Below, one piece after another: positions 47,311-64,000 of a stretch of 64,000 nt of DNA (the first letter of the stretch is position 1; every line of letters begins with the position of its first letter). A program made the position numbers and the translations under genes. The stretch comes from the human T2T-CHM13v2.0 reference genome, Homo sapiens, in NCBI RefSeq assembly GCF_009914755.1, contig NC_060925.1; one strand, given 5' to 3'. The notes below the pieces were generated by a model, which was given only the letters and a program-made list of their open reading frames with translations, was not told the DNA's origin and did not search any database.

Positions 47311-50300
47311 GATGAATGAATACCAGCAGGGACGGGGATTTGGAGGGCTGGTGGTGGGGACGAGCCAGGGCATGGAGCAGGTGGAATCTGGGTGGAGAGG
47401 CAGTGTCCCTGCCCCGGCCCTGAGACCTGCCATTTAGGAACACTAAGGATCCATGTCTCTGCTAATACAACCAAGCCAGAGGTTGTTCTAAGTGTGCAAA
47501 GCCACCCCGGGCCAGGGTGGGTTGGAGGGGTGGGAGGTGGAGGCAGCCTGGGAATGGAATAGCTGGGAAGAGCTGTGGGGCAGTGAGGACTCGCTCCACC
47601 CCACTGGCCAGCCTGGGAGTCAGGATCCCGGCTCAGCCCCCTGCCTGAGTGTTGAGGGCAGGAAAACAGTGCATAGAGCGCTCCTAGCCCCACGGCTGGG
47701 TAAACAGCAGCGGCCACCAGTCCCATTAAGGGACCACACGCCCTCTCTCATGCTGACTAAGCCTTGCTGTCTTTGAGCCACCCGTGTGGCCATCATTTGC
47801 TGTGTTGGGCAACTCCGTATCTTTTAATGCCTGCGCTGGTAACCTGTGGCTCCCCCAAAACTATGGCTGGGCCCATAAATCCTCACCCGGCACCTCCAAG
47901 ATGTCAGCCAGCCCCTGGGACACCCCGCTGAATTTACGAGCTCTAAAGTCCAGATTTGCTCTGATGAGGGAAGCAAAGGATCATGTTGCCCATCTGGGAC
48001 CTGGTGCTCAGAAGCCATAAACCACGCTGGTGACAGCGCCATGACAGGTCGAGGGCCCTCGGCGGGTCATTTGCACGCTGGTTAATGGCCATGATGATGA
48101 GGCAGTAGCTGCTTGAGAACCCCTTGTGGGCCACTAATGAAGCTTTAAATCTGTCACGGGAGGTTAAGGGAGGAGGTGCCTATTTTATCTTCTTTTTGGG
48201 GTGTTTAATCCCAGCTTTTGTCTTTTTTCTCTCTTACTCCTTTTTGTTTGTTCTACCTTGGCAGGCGCAATCTCACCACGGCCCTCTGAACACACACGTC
48301 GAATTCTAACTTGAAGGCACTGGGGAGTGACAGCCACTACATTTCCCAATCTTTTTTTATTGTCTTTGGAACAATAGTCTGCTGTGTTCCAAAGCACACA
48401 GGCTCATCTCAGATGGGGCAAAACAGAAGGAATGAGGAAGTCTGCGGGGAGCAGCAGCTGAGCGGGCAGAGGAGAGAAAGCTGCCTGGGGGCAGTGCCCA
48501 CCTGGAAACAACGATGGGGAAGTCAGGGGCACTAACGTCCCCACCGGTCCAGCCAGCCTTAGCATGGCCTCAGCCACCACTCCCTTGACTCCTCTCTCCC
48601 TGGACCCAAACCTCAAGCCCACAGGACTAAATAGCCATTGGAGAAAAGAGCCGGGACTAACTCTCTTGCCTTGTCCTGGGGCAAAAACTATCAAGAGTCT
48701 TAACCAAGGAAATTACTAACAACTAGTACTCTTATTTGATCTAAGACTCTGTGGGCGTGGGTGTGGATGTGGGTCTGTGAGAGAGGAAGAGAGAAACAGA
48801 CAGAGACACAGATAGACAAAAAGAGAGAGGCAGAATTGAGGGCAAAAGAGGGGTATAAGAGGAACTATTTGTTGGCACAGGAAAGAAAGATCTAGCATCT
48901 CTTGGCAGGCTGTGAATACCCTTTAATTAAGTAATAAATTTGGAACCAGGGAAATAAGTATCAGTAGGGAAACACTCGGTTTAATTACCCATTCATCTGC
49001 TTGGCTCTGCCAGGGCGCTGCTGGGCCACTGTTGCCAAGACACACCAGCTCGTGGGCACTCGGGACTGAGGCTGCCCAAGCACACATTCCAGTTTGGTTC
49101 CAGCTCCTTCCGTGTTGACAGAGAGAAAGAGAAACAGAGGTTGAGCGAGACAGAGGCAGAGAGACAGCGACGGCACAGAGGAGCAGCTGTAATTCCATCA
49201 AAGGGCTCTGGGGACCCTGTAAGCCACCAGACACAACCAGAGTGGTTTGTCACCAGAGCCCCAGTGGAATTGACTCAGAAGGCATTGTTGCAGATTTTTC
49301 CAACGTGAAGCCAAAATACAGAGGCCGAGTGTGTTCTCGGAGCCGTGCGTCACTGCGAAGGAGCAAACCCGGCAGGGTTGATCCCGTGTTCACCTCCTAT
49401 AGCCATTGCAGTGAGCAGTGTAGCCAGCCACACACTGTGGGCGCCTCCACCAGGAACTCAGAGCCCCGCAGAGGGTGAGGCAGTGTCCGGGGAGACAGCC
49501 TAGAAACCAGAAGCAAAAAGCCTTCAGGATTCTATTTCCACGTCCAGGGTAGAGCTGAAAGACCTGAGGCTCTGGGCCTAATTACAGAGCTTGGGGTCCT
49601 GGGTCAGTGCCACAGAAGCCACTCACAAGGCCCTCCCAAGGTGTCATGCAGAAGGAGAAGGTGGGAGGAGCTGAGAGGAGGGGAAGACCCCCCTGAGCAA
49701 CGTGAGACCAAGGCTCGTGAGACCTACACTGCCTTGTAGGTCTCTGGGGTCTGTGGCTTTGAGTTCGGCAGCATTTCTAGAATCCAAGAGAAGAGAAAAG
49801 TGAGGAGGCTTTGGGAGACAACTCTAAGGTGCCCAGGGGTGACGGAGGAGGTACTTCCTGACCTCCACCAGGGATCCCAAGCCTCAGTCCCTTGTTTCCA
49901 GGGCTTTCTCCCCACGTGGAGGATGGGGGGAGGTGTGCTTAATGGGATGGACCAAACCTTTCTTGCTTTAGCCTCTGATTCCTAAAATCTGCTCCTATAA
50001 ACAGCTCTCGCCCAGCAGGCCCCTTGTGATGTGTCAAGAGTAAACGAATCTGAAACAGCAAAGGAGATCGCCTTCCAAATAGTCTTGACTTTAAGAATTA
50101 AGGCAAAGAAAGCATTTGCCGAAGGACGTTTCCAATTTGGCCAAATCCAGGGCTTTGGAAAAATATCTTAAGACATTTCACCAAACCCAGAGCAAAGCCG
50201 GCAGGGCCCCACTCTGGTCATTATGAGTTATTTGCAGCTTGTTTCTTGCTGAAATCATTTTCTTCTCTCTGCAGGCTGAGCTCTTCTGAGCCAGCTTGAT

Positions 50301-50825
50301 TTCTGCAGCTGTTATGCACAACTCTTCGCCTTTACAACCTGACAGGCATTTGGAGACAGTGCTGGCAGGCAGCAGGAATGTGAGGGCCCCCGCTCCAGCC
50401 CGAGCCCTCAAGGACCCTGGCCCAGTCTCTTTGTGCTACAGAGGCATCCACCATAGTGCCCTGGGATGGCGTGCTCACAGGACGACACGAGTCGACATTC
50501 GCCCAAGCCAGGCATGGCCAGGCTGGCAAAGGCCTGCCTATCTGGGCCAGGTCTGTAGGGGAGAAGCATCTACGGGAGAAGGCCAAGTACCACGTGGTAT
50601 CCAAGCTCTGACAGGCAGGGAGTCAGGACAGATGGCAGGGGCACTGGGAGAGGGTATGCGGGCACCTGGAGCTTCCGAGAAGAGCCTTAATGAACAGGCA
50701 GGGCTGAGAGGAAGTGTGGCTTGGTGGATGAGCAATGCGGCTTTGGCAGCCGATAGGGCTGGATTCGAAGCCCCACCTTGCCACTCACAGCAGTGTGGTC
50801 TGGAACCGGTAGCGTAAACCTCTGA

Positions 50826-51299
<474 letters not shown>

Positions 51300-51774
51300 T
51301 GATCCTCCCACCTCATCATATTTAGTCCCTCCTCTGTTACAGTTGTTTCTGGACTTGCCACTCCCCTGAGCCTCATTCCATCCCACACGGGCCTGCCCAT
51401 CCAGTAGACCCCACTGCAGCTCCTCTGACAGTCATGGCCATCAGCTTCCATGTTCACCCTTCACCCACAGCGCTGGAGGTCGCCTGTCGGGAACAGGCTC
51501 TCTGGAGCCCTCCACAAGATCCGGTCAACAGGTAAACAAATCCCCAGGAATGTGTCCTCTGAAACTGCCTCCTCTCCCTCAGTAATGTGATCCTAAAGGC
51601 CTGTCCCACACCTTTTTCTCCAACAGCGTGGCCAATTGAGAAATAGGGAGGACTTGAGGCCAAGGAAGGATCTAATTACCAACAGCTTATGCTCATAAGC
51701 CACCTACCTATTTCACCTTCCGCACCTCCTGCAAAAAATGAGAGTGGGGGCTGTTGAGAACCAGGGGATGTCTT

Positions 51775-52510
51775 TCTATATGGTTTGGATGTTTGTTTGT
51801 TCCCCCCAAATCTCACACTGAAATATGATTCCTAATGTCGGGGGTGGGGCCTGGTGGGAGATGACTGGACCACCAGGGCAGATCCTTCATGAATGGGTTA
51901 ACGACATCCCCTTGGTGATAAGTGAGTTCTTGCTCCGTGAGTTCACATGAGTTCCGGTTCTTTAAAAGTCTGGAACCGCCCCCCAACCCCACTCTTTTGC
52001 TCCCACTCTCGTGCCTGCTCCCCCTTTACCTTCCACCATGATTGTAAGCTTCCTGAGGTCCTCACCAGAAGCCGAGCAGATGTTGGCACCATGCTTCTCA
52101 TACAGCCTGCAGAACCGTGAGCCAATTAAACCTCTTTTTATAAATGACCCAGCCTCAGGTATTCATTTACAGCAATGCAAAAACAGCTGGCCGGATGCGG
52201 TGGATCACACCTGTAATCCTGGCACTTTGGAGGGCCAAGGCAGACAGATTGCCTGAGCCACAGGAGTTCGAGACCAGCTTGGGTAACATGGCAAAACCCC
52301 GTCTCTACTAAAAATACAAAAAAAAAAAATTAGCTGGGCATGGTGGCGGGCACCTGTAATCTCAGTTACTCAGGAGGCTGAGGCAGGAGAATCACTTGAA
52401 CCTGGGAGGCAGAGGTTGCAGTGAGCTAAGATCGCACCACGACACTCCAGCCCGAGCGACAGATCAAGAGTCTGTCTCAAAAAAAAAAAAAAAAAAAACA
52501 GCCTAGCACA
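51775..52510 (+). mobile_element. MSTB-type solo LTR with an Alu near its 3' end
   Basis: 'atatggtttggatgtttg', 'ccttccaccatgattgtaagcttcctgagg', 'gccaattaaacctc'. Confidence 0.88.
52189..52498 (+). mobile_element. AluS
   Basis: TSD aaaaacagc. Confidence 0.93.
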
Positions 52511-53190
52511 CCTTTTCTCAAGAGCACCCACAAACACTTTTGTTATTACTTCTGCCTTGTGCACCTGTCAACACTTCCCAAGACAACAAACATAGAACGC
52601 TGGGGAATAAAACACCAACATGCCCCAGCACATTTATTTCCAGATGCCCTAGTGTGACTCTGCTTACAAAAGGGACCTTTTTCCAGCAGTCAAAGTCAGT
52701 CTCTGGGTGGGATCATGAGCCCACTCCTAGGCAGGGTAATGTGTTTACAGGCCAACACTGAGAGTTAAAAACTAGCCCTGGATCTAACAAATTGTCCTGA
52801 CCGTGCATTTGTTTTTTGCCTCGTTTCCTTCCCATGGCCCGACGATGGCAAGCTGCAGGTACATCTGTTCTGAAGAGCAGCCTCCCGCCCTTGGTCACTC
52901 TGTCCCGTGTCTCTCAGATGTTTAGTCCCGCGGACTGGGACCTGCTACACTTGGGCCAAGGCTTCTGGCTCCTCTCACTAAAGGCCTCAATTTAACTTAA
53001 CGGACTAAATAAGGAACCATTTCTATATGATTAATTAATTAGGGTTCTGCTAGGAAGGATAATAATATAATAATGTAAGTAAGACTGCAAGGCCTAGCTA
53101 CCAGCCTATAAAAAGAACACCAAGCACAGCACAATTAGGAAGACATTCAAGACGGAGGAAGCTCGGAGCCGTGGACTCAGCTCTGACTAA

Positions 53191-53550
<360 letters not shown>

Positions 53551-53713
53551 TGAGAATTACGTGACTTCTCTGAGCTGTTGCCTTCTTCTGAAAGATAGAA
53601 GAATTGATGTGTATTTGTCAGAGTATTGTGGAAATTCAATAAATGCAATATATGAAAATTACCCAGCACAAAATAGGCTCAAAACACCTGGAAAATATTG
53701 CTTAAGAAATTCC

Positions 53714-54203
<490 letters not shown>

Positions 54204-54526
54204 TTAAAATCCCAACAGGAATCATCTTCATTGATTACAGATGGATAAATAGTTGTTATTTACAGATGAGTCAAGGTGATCCTAATTGGTAGGTTTTCTG
54301 GTTGGTATTTGTATTTGAGGGCATTAGCATAGCAATTGAAAGCCTCTCGATGTCCCCTCTCCACGCCTCACCCAAGCCTCTTATCTCCTCCATGCTGCTC
54401 CTACTCTCTCCCCACCCCCCAAAAACATTCTTGGCCACTTCAGTACTCAAGGTCTCCCACCTTGGGTCCCTCAACTCTCCTGGAGCTAATGACCCAATTC
54501 CTCAAGGCCTTGCTAAATAACCTCTG

Positions 54527-54666
54527 CATCTATCTAACCCTTTTTCTGTAAAGAGCCAGATAGTAAATATTTTAGGCCATCTGTCAACTCTGCCACTGTA
54601 AGCTGAAAGTAGCCACAGACAATATGCAAATAAGTGAGGCTGTATTCCAATAAAATGTTATTTACA
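54527..54666 (+). mobile_element. MER58A fragment (hAT-Charlie)
   Basis: 'tttttctgtaaagagccagatagtaaatattttaggc', 'gctgtattccaataaaatgttatttaca'. Confidence 0.8.
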
Positions 54667-55134
<468 letters not shown>

Positions 55135-55260
55135 GCAGATTGCTGGGCCCCACTGCCAGAGCTTCTGATTCAGTAGGTCTGGGTGGAGGCCAGAGAATTC
55201 ACATTTTTAACAAATTCCTGGGTGCTGCTGTTCCAGGGACGACACTATGGGAACCACTGG
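55135..55260 (+). mobile_element. MER5A fragment (hAT-Charlie)
   Basis: 'gcagattgctgggcccc..ttctgattcagtaggtctggg..gggaaccactgg'. Confidence 0.82.
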
Positions 55261-55287
55261 CTGCATGTTAAAAAAAAACCTGAAAGT

Positions 55288-55306
55288 ACACTGCCCCCTA
55301 GTGGGA
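55288..55306 (-). promoter_or_regulatory. Candidate CTCF site
   Basis: - strand reads CCACTAGGGGGCAG, a near-consensus CTCF core. Confidence 0.6.
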
Positions 55307-56839
55307 AGTTCCTAGAAGTACCCCATACCAAATATTGCTTTGATTTTAGAATATACAAAAAATTGCGTTATCTTTTGCCATGGAGAAGAATCAAATTCAC
55401 AAAGCCAATTTGTCATTCATATACTTGGGATTCCATAACCACATTCCAAGCTTCTCTCAAGAAATGAGGTGTCACATTATTTACAATAACATGGCAGTGA
55501 TTTAAAATCAAGTTAAACCAGAAACATATTATTTTCCACCAGGGGAAAAACACTTTAAATAATCTAAATAGAATAAAACTGCTGCTGGCTCTGTTCTCTG
55601 GCCACTCTCCCATTGCCAGACGCACAGACCTCTCCTGAGAAGCAAAATCTACACCCGATCCAAGCTGAGGCAGCTGATGAAATTCAGCAGGAGATGGGTC
55701 AAAATCAGCTCGTGTCAGACCCCAGAGTCTGTGATCTTTGGACACACAGAACTGTATCAGTGGTGAAGGACCCCATTAATAGGCAACTGTTAAATATTTG
55801 CTACACATGGTAGAAAACAATGAAAGCCTCTTGTTAAAGCTGAGAGCTCCTGCTCACCTCTGGTTTTCATTTCTCACATCATATTTACATTAACCCAAAT
55901 TTGTCACTGGTTTCCACCGTGCATTCAAAATTTCCACAAAAGCACTTCTGTTTTCCCCATGAAAACTGCATTCCGACATGCCGGAAGTGAAATTACCCAC
56001 TCCTACCTATCTGTCCCAGCAAAAGACCTGGGTCTCTAACTCTACCTCTCACAAAGTAAAAGGGTGTTACAGTCACCAATGGCAGATGACTTGGGAGTCC
56101 ATGCTTAGCAAGCTGCAGGGTTTTGGCAGCATAGAGAAACATATTAGAGCCATGCTACAAAAGATGGCCTGGTACCAGGAGAACGGAAATGACAGGGACC
56201 GGAATGGTTTTTGAGGCCAAAAATTTATATTTGATCTCCAGATGTGATGCAGCTGACAGCTAATTAGTTTGACTTAGATCTACACAAATCCAACCCCCCT
56301 TTCTTCCACACATGCTGTGGGGATGCTGGTGTGAAAATGTGTCTGCCTGGGGTCGCGCTTTGATTGAGAATTCTCTGGAATGAACACACTTGGAATCCCT
56401 GAGAACACTGAAGCCCCGGCACATGGGACATCTGGTGAGATGCTCTTTCTCCTTTCAGCTTGACCCAAGAGCAGGTAATGAAGTGGTGTTCTTTATTCAA
56501 GTGGCTGATTCCAACCTAACAAGGCTGGAGTAAACTGTTCAGCTTCATGTTTCAGTGTGCGAGGCCACCATTAACTGCAAACCTCAGTGGTCAAGAGCTA
56601 CCGGATGTGAATGCTGCGGCTACTAATGAAAAAGCAATTGTGGTACATTCGCTGCAGAGCTGTTTGTGAGCAATGAGAAAGACACACAGAGCAAGATGGG
56701 GGCCCTCCCTGGCAGGACACACTGAGGCAGACACAGGTCCTGCTTGTCCAGCTGCCATTCCTCCCTGCTTCCTTGCTGGTTAGGATGTTATAGCTATCGA
56801 GGACAGCAGAAGTACCAAGACCTTAGCTACCCCAGAGGA

Positions 56840-57390
<551 letters not shown>

Positions 57391-57499
57391 AACTTCATAA
57401 GTTGTGCTTGGACTAAGCTGTTCATGGCAATCCCAAATCCTGTTGACTGGTCTCGGGAAAGGCAGGATGTTTGGCCTTGAGTCCCCAGTAGGGGAATTA

Positions 57500-58465
<966 letters not shown>

Positions 58466-58589
58466 ATTGACTTTCCCAGGTATGGCAAAATCTTTTACAG
58501 ATGCTAGATCTTTATATATCCTGCTTTTTTCTTTGGATTGGCTTGTTCCCCCACACCTTAGAATAGCAGGAAGGAAGTCACAAATTCTT

Positions 58590-58822
58590 TTTTTTTTTTT
58601 TCAGACTATTAGACTTTATAGGAGTTACCTGCTTTTGTTCTTTGAGAGGGTAATAATGTAGAAAAGATAATAAAACACCAGCCTGAATTATTACAAGTAC
58701 ATTAAATGGACTCTGAACTTAAAGGTACAGTTGGGAGCCAGGAAAACTGTAAAAACTGTTATAATTTTCTTTTTTTTTTTTTTTTTTTAGTATTTATTGA
58801 TCATTCTTGGGTGTTTCTCAGA
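58590..58822 (-). mobile_element. Severely 5'-truncated SVA carrying a 3' transduction
   Basis: 58789-58822 is the reverse complement of the SVA SINE-R end (GAGAAACACCCAAGAATGATCAATAAATACT); two poly(T) runs flank ~168 bp of unique DNA; 16-bp TSD gaagtcacaaattctt. Confidence 0.88.
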
Positions 58823-58999
58823 GAAGTCACAAATTCTTGCTAATATCATTCAATCAATACCTGCTACTACTTGCCCCGGAGGGAGCAATTTACAGTTGAC
58901 CATGTGAGAAGCTGCATCTCCACCAACCTAAAAACATCACCCCTTGAATTCAGAGCTGCTGCATTTCTACTTGAAGCTCAAGCTCAAGTTCTGTTTTCT

Positions 59000-59280
59000 C
59001 TGTTCATCTGGATCCACTCCAGCCACACTGGCCTCCTTGCTGCTTCTCAAAACACACCAGCCTCATTCCTGTATCTAGTTCTATGTTTTTGTTTTGCCAT
59101 AGCACTTAAAACCTTTGGACATAGTATATCATTTACTTATTCATTATGTTTCTTTTTAATTTGTTTGTCTTCCCCTGCTAGAAAGTAAGCCAAAGACAGG
59201 AATCTTTGTTCTGTTCATTGATATAGCCAAGGTTCTAAAGTACTTCCTAGCATATAATGGGTGCTCAAAATGAATGATTT
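59000..59280 (+). mobile_element. L2 3' fragment
   Basis: 'actccagccacactggcctccttgctg', 'ctttgttctgttcattgatatagcc'. Confidence 0.65.
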
Positions 59281-59536
59281 AATTGATTTATTGATCTTTC
59301 TCTGCATGGGCAATCACATGTGTCTCTTGGGAATCTGTTTTGGCTGCTTTGTCTTTGTCTTCTCAAGGCGCCCCCTAGAAATCATAGCCAAGTGAATTCT
59401 GCAGAGACCACACAGCCTACATATCAAGCAGACCTTCCAAACTCAGTGGAAGTCTTTTCACAGTATGGTTACAAACAGAAACCATAGCAGCTTTATTGAG
59501 ATATAATTCACTTACCTTAAAACTTACCCTTCTAGG

Positions 59537-59838
<302 letters not shown>

Positions 59839-59917
59839 TTACCCTTCTAGAATGCACAGTTCCGTGATTTTTACATATTCACAGGGTTACACAACCATCA
59901 CCACAATATAATTCTAG

Positions 59918-60465
<548 letters not shown>

Positions 60466-60500
60466 AGTACCTCATTCTTTTTTATGGCTAAATAATATTC

Positions 60501-61826
<1,326 letters not shown>

Positions 61827-61827
61827 T

Positions 61828-62277
<450 letters not shown>

Positions 62278-62280
62278 TGA

Positions 62281-62950
<670 letters not shown>

Positions 62951-63109
62951 CTTTCAAAGTAATCATTATTCTCCTGAAGAGCTTGAAGCCATCTACTCTA
63001 AAACGACATCAAGGACCTCTCTCCAATTTTATTCTTCCCTCATTTCCTCCCTTCTTACAGAATCAGACAGTCTCAAAGTTGGAAAGCAATTTAAAGTTGA
63101 AGCTAGTCC

Positions 63110-63860
<751 letters not shown>

Positions 63861-64000
63861 AAAGAGGTATAAGTAGTCCTGTGGTTCCCATACTTCAGTA
63901 TTTCATAAACCAATAAGACTTCACGCTTCCCTCAATCCCTCTCTTCAAAATCAGAGGAAGTAACTGTATACAATGACTATGGATTAATATTATAACTCAA

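Noticed and set aside
58789-58822. HERV-K LTR5 fragment rather than SVA
   Set aside because: The sequence is polyadenylated right after AATAAATACT and is TSD-flanked, which fits the SVA terminus rather than an LTR.

Overview
Repeat-dense, non-coding primate genomic DNA. An SVA remnant, AluY, THE1 and a BC200 copy point to human or another great ape. I find no convincing protein-coding exon or CpG island: the listed ORFs fall in Alu, L1, LTR or simple-repeat sequence, or are chance ORFs in GC-rich DNA. Bases 1-17,000 are mainly a decayed ancient L1 on the + strand (1-~9,800) plus further L1 fragments, all carrying many nested insertions. The window holds about 50 Alu-family elements, several solo LTRs (LTR22/HML-5-like, THE1, MST, MLT1, MLT2, MER21), hAT DNA-transposon fossils (MER53, MER63, MER58A, MER5A), L2 and MIR. 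The most interesting items are small, TSD-flanked inserts copied in trans by L1 machinery: an almost orphan SVA 3' transduction (58.6-58.8 kb), a 28S rRNA 3'-end retrocopy with an Alu in its tail, a tailless 33-nt U2 retrocopy and a BC200 retrocopy. Also present are likely Alu-recombination scars, a near-adjacent inverted Alu pair, a strong CTCF motif and candidate enhancer motif clusters. I did not find a new biological system. Repeat subfamily calls come from remembered consensus features rather than an alignment, and old-repeat boundaries are approximate.
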